A stretch of 64,000 nt of DNA from a virus. Position 1 is the first letter of the stretch; each line of letters opens with the position of its first letter. Below the pieces are notes generated by a model. It was not told the DNA's origin. It searched no databases and saw only the letters and a list, made by a program, of their open reading frames with translations. Where the stretch lies: positions 32,001 through 96,000 of the IMG/VR virus record IMGVR_UViG_3300042890_001842. One strand, written 5' to 3'. Of this stretch, positions 17,016 to 27,797 are shown in pieces. Position numbers and translations under genes: made by a program.

Positions 17016-20000
17016 TTATGTATAGGATGTCTCACTTGGAACCCATGCTGAATAAGCTGAGGATAGTCCACCAGTATTAGCTCTTACTCTTACTCTAGCA
17101 TAGTTATTAGGAGATGCATATGGAGTAGTAAGCTGGTAAGAACCGTTAACAGTGGTAGACTGTGTATACGGTCCAGCCACAGTGGAAACTCCATTAGTAA
17201 AGCCAGTAGCACTTTGTGCAGTATAGAATTCTATTGTAAATGTACTAGCTCCAGGATGAGACCATCCTACAGCTCCAATTCCACTAAATGTAACATTTGT
17301 TGGAGTAGCTGGCGCAGTTCCACCAAAGGTTGGGAAGTAAGGGAAGTAAGGTGGGAAGAATGGGAAGAACGGTGGGAAGAATGGGAAGAATGGATTAACA
17401 GCTGGACTTCCAGTATTTGCAGTAATAATTGTTGTTTGTCCAATATCATAATCTACTACACCAGTTGATGTTCTTATTGGATTTGGAGCAAGAAACATGT
17501 TTGCAGTAGCTCTTGGTGTATATCCTCCAGGAAGGCTAGTTGGGCCAGTTGTATTAAAATTGACACGGTATCTGCTATTATTAGATAGTGTAATTGGATA
17601 ACTAGTTACAGCAGATCCACCACTAAGATAGGCAAAATTATTAGCTGCAGTAACAGCCATATTTATAATAAAAATATCAGCATACTGTTGTCCTGGATAA
17701 AACTTTGCTTCATATTCCATTACATTTGTTGTAATTCCATACTGATGTCCTCTCCATCTTACAACATATGAAGATGAATCTCCAAAATAATGAAGTGAGG
17801 TTTGCTGCAGATCTCTTGGCATTACGGCAAGGACTAATCCAGTTGTATTAGTTACTGAATCACTATCATTTCCAGTTACTTCAGTAGATGTTCCCAAACT
17901 TATATAACCATTGGTAGATACGCTTATTCTATTACCAAGTGCAAATGTGTATGATGGGGTTGTCCATATAGCAGCAAAATTTGTATTTTGAGTAGGGGTA
18001 TAAGTTTGACCAGGTTGTCTTGTAGCAACTAATTCTCCAACTGCAGGAGTTCTCCAAAAAGAAAATTGAAAACCTGCTCTGGTTCCAGGATCTGGTGCTG
18101 TATGAGCTGTTCCTGAAACAAATGGACCTGTTGTTTGAATCCCATTAGTTCCTCCAGCAGCATCCCAAGTTATACTATAAGATAAAAGTGTTGTTATTTC
18201 ATTAGTAATAACAACTTGATTTGGTAATACTCCGTTTGACCATGTAACTTCTGCACGTATTTTATAACCAATATCTGCAGCTTGAACTGTATATGTTGTG
18301 CCATTTGTTTGAACTATTGTACCACCAGCAAAAGTACCACCACTAGTGCCTCCGTCGTTTCTTCTCCAAACCCAAGTAGCTGTCGTAGCAGGGTTTCCAG
18401 TAGCATCTGTCTTTGAAAGAGTAAGATTAGATGATTGTGCACCTGTTCCAGAAATTGAGGCTGAACCTCCAGAAGGTGCTGTAGCAGTATAAGTAACAAA
18501 TGTGCTAGACCAATTTGTAAATGTATTTAATGTGGCATTTCCATTTAAAGTTGTATTTCCTAAATTTTGATTTGAAGACCTAAGCCAAAAATTCCAAGAT
18601 CCTGGTGAAGTGACAGGCAAAGATTCAAAAATGCTTCCAAGACTTGTTGATGCTGCATCGTAATACGTAGTATTTGCTGGAGCAAATCCTGATTGATTCC
18701 AGTATAACTGATAATACGGACCTGTGCCAGTGGCAGAAAATGTAACATTAAAAATTTGTGTTCCTGAATTATATGTAACTCCAGATGGAGTTGGTATTGA
18801 GCCAAGAAGTGGATTTACGGTAACAGTTGTTGTTGACTGTACATTTCCAGGTTGAGCTGTTATAGTAATAGTTTTTGATCCAGTTGTAGCATAAGTATGT
18901 GCTCTACTTTGAGAAATAGTATTACCTGAAAATGAAGAATATGTTTCCGCGCTTGTGCCATCTCCCCAGTTTATTGTATATTGAGTAGGGTATCCAGATA
19001 TTGAAAAATTGTAGGTTTTAGAAACGGTGGCCTGAACAAGAGGTGGAGAAACTCCATCAACACTAATAGCTCCTATTGAAACTGCAGGATCAACATTTGT
19101 ATTAAGGTCTCCCCAGGTTGCAAATGCTTCTACTCCTGGGTCTGTTCCATTTTTTGCAGTTACTCTACATCTTACTTTAGTGGCATAAGTTGATGATGTA
19201 GGAATAACAAATATATTTGAAGTGTTCCCAGACTCCGTCATGTTCCTATACCCGCTAAGAACTCCAGCGTCCTCATAATATTGCCATTGATATGAATATA
19301 CAGTACTAGCATTTACATTTGTCCAAGTTCCAGTGCTACATGTAAGCTGTACTCCTCTTGGCGCATATCCTCTACTGTTTAATGGTGTAACTGTAGGAGC
19401 AATTGTATTGACTGGTAATACTCCTGTTGTTTGAAATGTTACGTTCCTTACTTGAAGTGTTGGGTTCGTAGATGTTTTCCAACCATCATTTGCTACCACT
19501 TCAATTCTTCCGTAATAAGTAGTATTTGTAGATAGGCCAGGACTGTCAGTTACTGTATAAACTCTAGTATTTACTGAGGGTATTGTTATTGGAGAAATTA
19601 CATCAGGGCCAGTTGTGCTACCAGACCTTATTTTTAAAGTTTGACTATGTATATAAGTAGAATCAGTTATTCCTCCAACGGACCAAGTAAAAGTAACATC
19701 GTTATCCGTTACGTTTGAAGTTGTTAATGAATCAACTGTATGTGATACTTTAGATAATCTAGCTGCGCTTACTATTGGAAAATTATAAATAGGAGAGTTT
19801 ATATCTGAGGGGTCGGTATCTACTCTTATTCTTCCTCCAATATAATATCCTCCTTTTGCATCATCGTCAGTAACTGTGTAGGTAATTCCTGTAGATGCGT
19901 TTGAAGTATTGCCATAAAAAATAGTTGGTCCAGAAACTATTTCCCAATTTGCAATGCTGGTTTCAAGATTAATACTTCTAACTATCTGCATAGTATATTT

Positions 20001-20345
20001 TGTATTAGCATCTCCAGTTGTATTTGTGTAACTTCCTCTAGTAAGAGTAACTACATTTCCGCCTTTAAATAAAGACGCTTCAATTGCAGAATCAGGTTCT
20101 GTATTTGTTGCATTTCTTAAAGTTGGGAGAGTGCTAACTTCTGGACGAGGGATTGCACTATGTACTTTTCTCCACTCTGGAATTCCATCATTGCTGTATC
20201 CATTGGCATCATATCGCCAAATTGATTTTACTGTTTGCCATTTAGCCGCTATAGAATTATTAAATCTGTAAAAATTTCTTACAGCTCTCCATTCTGGAGT
20301 TCCATCATTTGCATATCCGTTGCTATCGTATCTATAGATTGGCAT
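17016..20345 (-). CDS. Large Ig/Fn3/PKD-domain virion (tail-associated) protein with a short Pro-Phe/Tyr repeat
   Basis: PKD motif INWGDG...HTYATTG, Ig-like GTW...YSYQW, C-terminal Fn3-like domain, and PFFPFFPPFFPFFPPYFPYFPTF linker. Confidence 0.75.
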   Translation of the reverse strand: MPIYRYDSNGYANDGTPEWRAVRNFYRFNNSIAAKWQTVKSIWRYDANGYSNDGIPEWRKVHSAIPRPEVSTLPTLRNATNTEPDSAIEASLFKGGNVVTLTRGSYTNTTGDANTKYTMQIVRSINLETSIANWEIVSGPTIFYGNTSNASTGITYTVTDDDAKGGYYIGGRIRVDTDPSDINSPIYNFPIVSAARLSKVSHTVDSLTTSNVTDNDVTFTWSVGGITDSTYIHSQTLKIRSGSTTGPDVISPITIPSVNTRVYTVTDSPGLSTNTTYYGRIEVVANDGWKTSTNPTLQVRNVTFQTTGVLPVNTIAPTVTPLNSRGYAPRGVQLTCSTGTWTNVNASTVYSYQWQYYEDAGVLSGYRNMTESGNTSNIFVIPTSSTYATKVRCRVTAKNGTDPGVEAFATWGDLNTNVDPAVSIGAISVDGVSPPLVQATVSKTYNFSISGYPTQYTINWGDGTSAETYSSFSGNTISQSRAHTYATTGSKTITITAQPGNVQSTTTVTVNPLLGSIPTPSGVTYNSGTQIFNVTFSATGTGPYYQLYWNQSGFAPANTTYYDAASTSLGSIFESLPVTSPGSWNFWLRSSNQNLGNTTLNGNATLNTFTNWSSTFVTYTATAPSGGSASISGTGAQSSNLTLSKTDATGNPATTATWVWRRNDGGTSGGTFAGGTIVQTNGTTYTVQAADIGYKIRAEVTWSNGVLPNQVVITNEITTLLSYSITWDAAGGTNGIQTTGPFVSGTAHTAPDPGTRAGFQFSFWRTPAVGELVATRQPGQTYTPTQNTNFAAIWTTPSYTFALGNRISVSTNGYISLGTSTEVTGNDSDSVTNTTGLVLAVMPRDLQQTSLHYFGDSSSYVVRWRGHQYGITTNVMEYEAKFYPGQQYADIFIINMAVTAANNFAYLSGGSAVTSYPITLSNNSRYRVNFNTTGPTSLPGGYTPRATANMFLAPNPIRTSTGVVDYDIGQTTIITANTGSPAVNPFFPFFPPFFPFFPPYFPYFPTFGGTAPATPTNVTFSGIGAVGWSHPGASTFTIEFYTAQSATGFTNGVSTVAGPYTQSTTVNGSYQLTTPYASPNNYARVRVRANTGGLSSAYSAWVPSETSYT
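17325..17393 (-). repeat. Short 9/12-bp tandem repeat encoding 23 aa of P(P)[F/Y]F
   Basis: Plus-strand GGGAAGAAY/GGGAAGTAA units, the same as the large array at 55078-55800. Confidence 0.9.
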
Positions 20346-20355
20346 AGTTATCTAA

Positions 20356-23300
20356 TTATACTAAACTCATGTATAAATCACCAGTAGAAAAATTCCCTGG
20401 ATTTGTAGATGTATATCTTGGAACACCACCAACAAAACCTTGTGTTGATCCTGGGTTAGCGGCATTAAATGCATATCTTGAAGTAATTGTTGAGTTTGGA
20501 GTAGTGCTGCCTCCGTACCAAATTGCTCTACCTGTAACTATTTTTCCATCTGGAATACCGCCAACAACTGCTGGATTAATAATTCTAGTAACTGTTGGGT
20601 CTCCAGCAGTACCATCATCTCCTCCAGTTGTGTCTGCAAGAACAAGATTTGTTCCAGATATAGTTGTCGTACCTCCAGTTGGATTTGAAATGCTTAAATT
20701 TGTGCCATTATATAATAATGCTCCTTTTCCAAATTTAAAGTTTCCAGTGTCATAAATATAATCTGTTGTTGATCCAATATATAATCCATTTAGACCTGTG
20801 CCGCCTGCTGCCTGTCCGAAGGACATGGTTCCTCCGCCTGTAACTGTAATCTTTCCAACAATGTTAGCATTAGTTGCAGTTAAAGCTCCGTCTGCAGTAA
20901 CTCTAAATGCTGCTGAGCTTCTTGTAGCAAATGCTTGTTGTCCAGACCACAAAACAACATCGCTTGCAGAAGTTGGAACTGTCATTCCAGTGCTGTACGC
21001 CAATGAAGATATTGTAGTAGAAATAGCAATATAGTTAGATGATGAGTTTAAATCTATTACAGATCCGCTAGTGCTTTTATTTAGACCAGTTGATGAAATT
21101 GTCCATCCGCCAATAAATCCAGTTTTAAACATTGCAACACCATTTCTAGTTAATGCAAAGTTTGCTGTACCAAAAGCAGCTTGAGTAGCCTCTGTTCCAG
21201 TAAGTCCAGAAGTTGCTGCATCAGAATTTGGATATGCGCCAATTCCTCCAGCATTGAAAATCATTCTATCGCCAGATAATACTGTTGGAATTGCAGCATT
21301 TGATATGTACAAAGATGCTGAATCTATATTTATGTTACCAATTTTGCCACTACTTGCAGTAATCTTACCAGTTATATCAGCACTTGTAGCAGTTAATTTT
21401 CCATCTTGTGTTACCTTAAATAATCCACTGCCTGCGTTTATGAAATCTGCCGTTGTTCCAGAACCAACAAGAGATATATTGCTTGCTCTTACGGATCCAT
21501 CTGGTTTTACCCAGAATGGAGCAACATCTGCTCCTCCACTTGTTGTACTGCCTGCCCAAAATGTATGGTTTCCAGTTGAAGATATTCCAGCATACAGATT
21601 GCCTGTTGCTCCAGTTCCTCTTTGTAATTTTGAAGAATCAACTGTCCATCCGCCAATGCTTGCAGATATTGTTGTAATTCTTCCAGTTGCAGCATCAATT
21701 ATAGTATTGTTTCCAAATGTTAAACCTTTAGTATTTAATATATATCCAGCGGAAACGTTTAATAGAGCACCTGATTGTGCAGTTTGTTGTGCTTGAACTG
21801 GAATTGTATTAGTTGATGTTTGTGGATTTGCAACAATAGTAGATGCTGTTGTTCCAGTCTGTGTAATGAATGTTCCGTTAAATGCTGAAGAGTTAGCTCC
21901 AGTTAAACCAGATACAGTTATTACAACTCCAGTTCCTAATCCATGTGCTGCTGATGTGGTGTATGTAGCCTGACCTGATGCACCACTATATGCGGTAACT
22001 GTAGGAGTAATTTCTGTTCCGCTATATACAGAGCCATCAGTTACTTTAACGTTGCCTTGAAAATTACCACTTCGTGCATTTATTGCACCCGTTACAGTTA
22101 ATGCATTTCCGTTCCAAGTTACAGTATTATTTGCAGCACCTACAGAAAATAATCCATTTGAAAACCAATAATTATTTGTACCTATATATATACCATCTAA
22201 AGATCCTGCTGTTGTTGGATTTACAGGAACATTAACAGGATTTACGCCTTTACCTATTAACATTGTTCCGCTATTTACTTTTACTGCTCCCTTAAAATCT
22301 CCATCAAAAGCATTTATAGTTCCATTAACTGTCAAAGTTGATCCGTCAAAGTATAGTCTATCTCTTAAAGAAAATTTTCCATTAGTATCTAGATAAAAAG
22401 GAGTTCCTGGATTTGTTCCAGCATCTGCATATGTACCAACTCCACTATAGAATTTAAATGGGTTGGCAGAAAGACCTGTTCCAGTAGCATCAATTTTAAT
22501 AGCAGTATTTGAAGTTGATGTAGCTGATCCTGCCACTGGTGCTGTCGCTGATGTGTTGGCTGTAAGTCCAGTACCAGAAGCAAGAACTGTAAATGTATTT
22601 GAAGTTACAGATTGTATTGACCTATCAGTTATATTAAATCCTAATGGAGTTAAGAATCTAGCAGTTACTAATGTCCCTGCAGCAAAACCATGATTTCCAG
22701 AAGTTGTATAAGTAATATTTGTTGCTGTTCCGTCAACAACTGCATTTATTACTACTGCAGATCTTGCTCCTACTGTAATAACATTATTTGAAAGAAGTCC
22801 ACCAGCATTTATCTGATCTCCTGTTATTTCTCCTCCCCTAATTACGTTTGCACGAACTGCGCCTGGGGCGATATCTCCATTATCTACTTTTAATGTTACT
22901 GCAGATCCTTCTGTTCCTAATGTAGCCGCTTCTCCGTCTGCATCTGTAGCTCTTATTCTTACGTAATATGTTGTGCCATATGTTAAAGGAGTTTGTGTTC
23001 CTGGCAATGTATCTATAATTGCAAAAGTTCCTGTAACTCTTAAGGCTAAGTTAGCTGGAACTACAGATGTTATAGGGCTTGTTGACAGATAAACTTCATA
23101 ATTTACTGGATCTGCGTTTGAAATTGCTGTCCATTTAACTTCTAGGGCACCATACAAAGGATTTACAATTGCTGCTGGTGATGAGGCTGGAGGATTTCCG
23201 TCAGATGTGCCAACACCAGTAACAGAAACTGTCGATGAAGTTCTTGCTGTGCTAGATACACCATTAGAATCTTCAGCATAAACGTTTACATAATATGAAC

Positions 23301-25320
23301 CAGCAGCAAGTCCGCCAAACGACATATTTGTACTAAATGAATATTCTGTAGAAACTAAAACATTTGGAGTTCCAGTTCTATATAATTCAACCTTGTATCT
23401 AGATATCGGTGCTCTTATTACAGATGGTGCTGTCCATGAAGCAACGGCTCCTGCTGTAGAAGCAGTTAGGGTAGCGGTTGCTGGAGGGTCTACTGCTAAT
23501 GATCCAGTAGTAAAATTAACATCAGTAGAGTATGCGCTAGTATTATTTGCTGCATCTACTGATGCAACTGAAATATTGTATGTGGTTGAAGGGTTTAAGT
23601 CAAAGATTGTATGCGTTGTACTTGTTGATACATATTTAACCAATTCTGTTGTGTATACAGATGATGCGCTTGGTTTATATCTTAAACGATATTCTTTTGT
23701 GTCACTTCCAGCTGACTGTGTTATGGTAGCCACTGCTTGATACTTTGATCCAGAAAGTGTTGGAGTTGCAACAGTCACTGTTGGTACTGGCGGTGGGGTT
23801 GTATCTAGGGTTACTGGATTTTGAGCTATCGTGGTTAATTCATTTGAATACAGTGATAAATCTCCGCAATCATTTGAAAATGCTAATCTAACATATATAG
23901 TTGTATATGTTGTATCTGCAACGTATACAGGAGTTACTCCAGATCCGCCAATCTCTGCAGCTGTTGGAGTTGTTGTTGGTTGTCCACTTGGATTTCCCCA
24001 GCTAGTTGCCCTCTTGTAAACTTTTGCATGTGTTGCTCCTGTTGGCAAAGTAAATTTAATGCTGAATCCGTCAGCCAATGCAGTTATATCAGATGCGCTT
24101 ATCGTTGGTGTGACTCCAGATAGTGCACTAGTTCTTGTTGGTGTTGAAAAAGCTGTACCAGTATTGATATTGTCAGCTTTATCTGCTGATTTCCAAGTTC
24201 CAGTAAATGATGTGTAAGCACATGAGCCAAATCTATTATATATATCAAGTGCAGATAATGTTAGTTTGCCTGCTACTAAATCACTTCTCCATACAAAGAA
24301 TGTTCTTGTTGTAGTTACAGAATTTAGGACTCCAGTTAAATCAATTAAAAATCTTACGCTGTCATCACCAGTTGCAAATGTTGGAGTTAGTTCTAATGAT
24401 GCACCATTCCATGCTGAAGCAACTGAAACTACATTTGGCGGAGGAGTGACATCTATAGCATCAAAAATAGGATCAATTGGAGTAACTGAAACTGCATTAC
24501 TGTAACCTGTTTGTTGACCATTTGTGCTAACAAAATAAGCTCTCACCCATCTTTTTTGAGCAGTTGCTGGAACTAATACTGGATTATCTGTAGACTTTTT
24601 AACAAAAGCCCAGCCAGTTGTCGGAGCAGTCAAACTGTTACTTACCACTTCTTCTATATATATTGCTTCGCAAAGCGTCATATCTTGAGCATTCCAAGAC
24701 ACTAAGTATGAAAAGTCATCTCCTACTACAGTTATAACTGGCGGATCAAGTGGGTTTGGTGCAACATCTGAAGTTATTGTAACTGGGTCGCTCTCAGTTT
24801 TATTTAAAGTATCTATTGCAATTACTGTAACTGTAAATTGGCTCCTAAAAAATCCACCAAACTTCGCTTTATTATCTGCGCTTGTAAGTGTCCAAACTTG
24901 TGAACTTCCAGTTTTATTTATTCCAGTATGATAGAAATCTATTGGATTTGCACCATTTGTTATTGGTGTAAGTCTTATTAAATACTTATCTACGCCAGTA
25001 TTGTTATTAGTTCCGTTATTTAATGTTGTATCATGATTAAATCTTACATGCAGTGTACCAGTTTTTTTACCAGTATCGTCAAGCCAAGTTCCAGTCAAAT
25101 TTGTTACTGGTGAAGGCTTGGCTGCAGACTTTGACAAATACTCATATGTTGCAGACCAATTGTCTCCAACCAAATCATTTAACTTTTGATCTTCAAAAAT
25201 CCATTGAAATTGAAATTTATATGGTGTTCCAACTTTTAACGGGCTAATATCAATAAAAATATATTCATTATTTTTATCTGGCTCACTTGGATTAAACTTT
25301 AAATCTTGTGGTCCTGCCAT
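20356..25320 (-). CDS. Large minor tail / central fibre protein with Fn3 repeats
   Basis: Several Fn3-like modules (DTTPPP, YNISVASVD, YYVRIRATD) and repeated IGGWTI / ATSADITG fibre motifs. Confidence 0.75.
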   Translation of the reverse strand: MAGPQDLKFNPSEPDKNNEYIFIDISPLKVGTPYKFQFQWIFEDQKLNDLVGDNWSATYEYLSKSAAKPSPVTNLTGTWLDDTGKKTGTLHVRFNHDTTLNNGTNNNTGVDKYLIRLTPITNGANPIDFYHTGINKTGSSQVWTLTSADNKAKFGGFFRSQFTVTVIAIDTLNKTESDPVTITSDVAPNPLDPPVITVVGDDFSYLVSWNAQDMTLCEAIYIEEVVSNSLTAPTTGWAFVKKSTDNPVLVPATAQKRWVRAYFVSTNGQQTGYSNAVSVTPIDPIFDAIDVTPPPNVVSVASAWNGASLELTPTFATGDDSVRFLIDLTGVLNSVTTTRTFFVWRSDLVAGKLTLSALDIYNRFGSCAYTSFTGTWKSADKADNINTGTAFSTPTRTSALSGVTPTISASDITALADGFSIKFTLPTGATHAKVYKRATSWGNPSGQPTTTPTAAEIGGSGVTPVYVADTTYTTIYVRLAFSNDCGDLSLYSNELTTIAQNPVTLDTTPPPVPTVTVATPTLSGSKYQAVATITQSAGSDTKEYRLRYKPSASSVYTTELVKYVSTSTTHTIFDLNPSTTYNISVASVDAANNTSAYSTDVNFTTGSLAVDPPATATLTASTAGAVASWTAPSVIRAPISRYKVELYRTGTPNVLVSTEYSFSTNMSFGGLAAGSYYVNVYAEDSNGVSSTARTSSTVSVTGVGTSDGNPPASSPAAIVNPLYGALEVKWTAISNADPVNYEVYLSTSPITSVVPANLALRVTGTFAIIDTLPGTQTPLTYGTTYYVRIRATDADGEAATLGTEGSAVTLKVDNGDIAPGAVRANVIRGGEITGDQINAGGLLSNNVITVGARSAVVINAVVDGTATNITYTTSGNHGFAAGTLVTARFLTPLGFNITDRSIQSVTSNTFTVLASGTGLTANTSATAPVAGSATSTSNTAIKIDATGTGLSANPFKFYSGVGTYADAGTNPGTPFYLDTNGKFSLRDRLYFDGSTLTVNGTINAFDGDFKGAVKVNSGTMLIGKGVNPVNVPVNPTTAGSLDGIYIGTNNYWFSNGLFSVGAANNTVTWNGNALTVTGAINARSGNFQGNVKVTDGSVYSGTEITPTVTAYSGASGQATYTTSAAHGLGTGVVITVSGLTGANSSAFNGTFITQTGTTASTIVANPQTSTNTIPVQAQQTAQSGALLNVSAGYILNTKGLTFGNNTIIDAATGRITTISASIGGWTVDSSKLQRGTGATGNLYAGISSTGNHTFWAGSTTSGGADVAPFWVKPDGSVRASNISLVGSGTTADFINAGSGLFKVTQDGKLTATSADITGKITASSGKIGNINIDSASLYISNAAIPTVLSGDRMIFNAGGIGAYPNSDAATSGLTGTEATQAAFGTANFALTRNGVAMFKTGFIGGWTISSTGLNKSTSGSVIDLNSSSNYIAISTTISSLAYSTGMTVPTSASDVVLWSGQQAFATRSSAAFRVTADGALTATNANIVGKITVTGGGTMSFGQAAGGTGLNGLYIGSTTDYIYDTGNFKFGKGALLYNGTNLSISNPTGGTTTISGTNLVLADTTGGDDGTAGDPTVTRIINPAVVGGIPDGKIVTGRAIWYGGSTTPNSTITSRYAFNAANPGSTQGFVGGVPRYTSTNPGNFSTGDLYMSLV

Positions 25321-26195
25321 CAGAAGTTAATACCCAACTTGTATTCTATATCTAATGGCCTTCCAGATAGCTTTACTATCTCAGATACAGTTGATCTTGC
25401 AATAATTCCAAATGTTGGATCAAAACTATCTTCATCATTAATTCTAATTCCATCAAAGTAAACTGTTGTTGCTCCGCCTGCCTTTGCAGCAACAAATACA
25501 GAAACTTTTGAAATCAGTTGTCCAGGACTATTTACTGAAGTCATAGTTGATAAATTTCTAACTAAAATTTTATTTCCTGTGCCAGAATCAATATCTGCGC
25601 CGTCAAATGAAACTTGATAGTATGAAGTATCTGAAGAATAGAATCTGACATTGATATAGTCTAGATTCAGGTCAGCTTGATTTATTGCAAGCGTTAGACT
25701 GTCATTTCCACTGTATCCAGAAATATCTATAAAAGGAATTGACGATTTAAATTCTTTTGTTGTATTGGCTGTACATGTTACCTGTACCATAGATACTCCA
25801 ATTCTTGGAGTTGGGGTTGATACTAATGCAGGATTTGCGCTTGATGAATCTGTCCATAACAAATTATCTTCAAAGTCTGCTATAAATTGGCTATCGTAAT
25901 TATTTACAGATGTTCTAGAACTTGGGTACAATCCAATCTCTCTAATCACGCCAGCGACATCTTGAGGAATTGTAGTTTTATAAACAACAGAATATGTAGT
26001 GTTCCCGCCAACTGTTTGAATATCGATTCCGCCAAATGAAACTGGTAGGCGGTAGAATTCAAATCCTAACCTTGTATCATTTCCACTTACGTTTGGAGTT
26101 GTAGAGTCAATGCCTATTGCAATACTCTGCTTATTAAATGAGTTCATTCCAGCAATACAGGAAGTTAAAAACCTTTTACCAAATTTAGTTATCAT
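25320..26195 (-). CDS. Minor tail (tail-tip) protein
   Basis: MITKFGKRFL, RLGFEFYR, IREIGLY; position in the tail operon. Confidence 0.65.
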   Translation of the reverse strand: MITKFGKRFLTSCIAGMNSFNKQSIAIGIDSTTPNVSGNDTRLGFEFYRLPVSFGGIDIQTVGGNTTYSVVYKTTIPQDVAGVIREIGLYPSSRTSVNNYDSQFIADFEDNLLWTDSSSANPALVSTPTPRIGVSMVQVTCTANTTKEFKSSIPFIDISGYSGNDSLTLAINQADLNLDYINVRFYSSDTSYYQVSFDGADIDSGTGNKILVRNLSTMTSVNSPGQLISKVSVFVAAKAGGATTVYFDGIRINDEDSFDPTFGIIARSTVSEIVKLSGRPLDIEYKLGINF

Positions 26196-26548
26196 TGTGG
26201 GATTCTACCTCTTATTCCTTTTATTACTGAATCAGTTCTATCAATAATCTTTAATTTTAACTTAATTGTAGCAGGAACTGTGGAGTAGTCAAATTCTTCT
26301 GATACTATTGATATATCTGAAAGCTGTGGTAGATACTTAGAAATTGATGGATCTTCTTCTCCACCATCATCTCCACCGTCAGATCCTCCAGGCAATCCAT
26401 TAAACGAAAATGCCGCTCTTCCAAGGCTGTTGCTGTACCTTAATTCGGTTGGATCTATTGTTGATGTTCTTGGATCTCCATAGGTAGCAAAAAGAGGAGG
26501 GTTCTTGTCTACCTCATTTTTAGATATTTTTTTCTTATCCGTTGCCAT
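26192..26548 (-). CDS. Hypothetical tail-region protein
   Basis: Leaderless start 6 nt after TGGTATAAT. Confidence 0.6.
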   Translation of the reverse strand: MATDKKKISKNEVDKNPPLFATYGDPRTSTIDPTELRYSNSLGRAAFSFNGLPGGSDGGDDGGEEDPSISKYLPQLSDISIVSEEFDYSTVPATIKLKLKIIDRTDSVIKGIRGRIPQ

Positions 26549-26554
26549 TTTTTT

Positions 26555-26563
26555 ATTATACCA
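26555..26563 (-). promoter_or_regulatory. Extended -10 promoter, leaderless
   Basis: TGGTATAAT-N6-ATG. Confidence 0.6.
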
Positions 26564-26564
26564 T

Positions 26565-27797
26565 TTAAGCCACTATAGATCTAGCGGTTATGGTAGTCTC
26601 CAATCCATCATTCCATGAATGACTGATACTAGTAATAACAAATTTTTGATTTGGGTCTATTTCATTAAAAGAGTGGCTTACAGTTATAATATCATAAATA
26701 GAAAGTAGCGGGTTCCCAAAAACTTCTATTTCAAGAACAGTATTATTTTTGCTCCATTGAGATTTAATAAAGTTGGAAAGCTCTATGGCATCACTTTGGT
26801 CTTGTAGCCATTCTGAAGTAAATGTTATGGGCTCTTGAGAAGCATATTTATTTATTTGATCATCTTGATATACTATGCCAGCCGTTTTAATTAAATTATT
26901 GCCGATTACATTTATCTGTGTTCCCAGTGAAGAGTCAACAAGCGTAGACATTCCAGAATTATTAATTAGATACAACTCAGTTTCAAATGGCATTAAGTTA
27001 GCATATAATACCTTTACGCTTGAATTTAAATTTTCGTATGTAAATTTAGGAATTGATGGTGCGGTGTCATATCGCTTTTTGACATATCTAATTTCTCTTG
27101 CGATAGACCCAAATTCTTCAATGTACTTTTCTTTAGTTGCAGCAGCCACTCTCTCAATGCCATTTGCAAAAAATTCACCATAAGCCAAACTTATAATGCT
27201 TTTTGAAAATTGAGATTCATAAATATCTGTTAAAGATGGGGAATTAAATTCTTTTGCTGTAATTTTGAGTGCGTATGCATAATCAAAATATGCAGATCCA
27301 AGATTTGCAAACAATGACATTCTTGAGCTCTTGGCTATAACTGAACTGCTATCTATTGCTTGAATTAAAAATCCATTTACGTATGCATTTATAGTTACTA
27401 CACTGCCAGTATGTCTTGCAAATATATCGATCTTGTAAGACTTTCCCTCTTGTATTCCAATAGTATCTTTTTGTAAATTTATATTGTCATTAAAAACTTT
27501 TACTACTGCTCCATTAACAACTTTTATAATTCTAAATTCATCTCCATACAAGCCAGCAGTTTGTGATGTTTTTGCTCTAACAAAATATCCAGTATTTGAT
27601 GTAGCGTTTGTAAAAATGCCCACTCCACCTGACTGTCTTGTTGTTGATGCTTTTGGCTGAAAGTACATTGTTGTTCCAAATGAAAAGTACTGGCCAGTTA
27701 TATCTATACCAGTATCCTTAACAGCCCCAGAAAAACTATTTGGACTTGTTGAGTTTGATGTTGTAACTAAAAATGATTTAGAAAGATTAGATGGCAT
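26565..27797 (-). CDS. Minor tail protein (likely start MPSNL)
   Basis: GGGAGG RBS before ATG at 27797; C-terminal GNPLLSIYDIITV pattern of tail hub proteins. Confidence 0.65.
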   Translation of the reverse strand: MPSNLSKSFLVTTSNSTSPNSFSGAVKDTGIDITGQYFSFGTTMYFQPKASTTRQSGGVGIFTNATSNTGYFVRAKTSQTAGLYGDEFRIIKVVNGAVVKVFNDNINLQKDTIGIQEGKSYKIDIFARHTGSVVTINAYVNGFLIQAIDSSSVIAKSSRMSLFANLGSAYFDYAYALKITAKEFNSPSLTDIYESQFSKSIISLAYGEFFANGIERVAAATKEKYIEEFGSIAREIRYVKKRYDTAPSIPKFTYENLNSSVKVLYANLMPFETELYLINNSGMSTLVDSSLGTQINVIGNNLIKTAGIVYQDDQINKYASQEPITFTSEWLQDQSDAIELSNFIKSQWSKNNTVLEIEVFGNPLLSIYDIITVSHSFNEIDPNQKFVITSISHSWNDGLETTITARSIVA

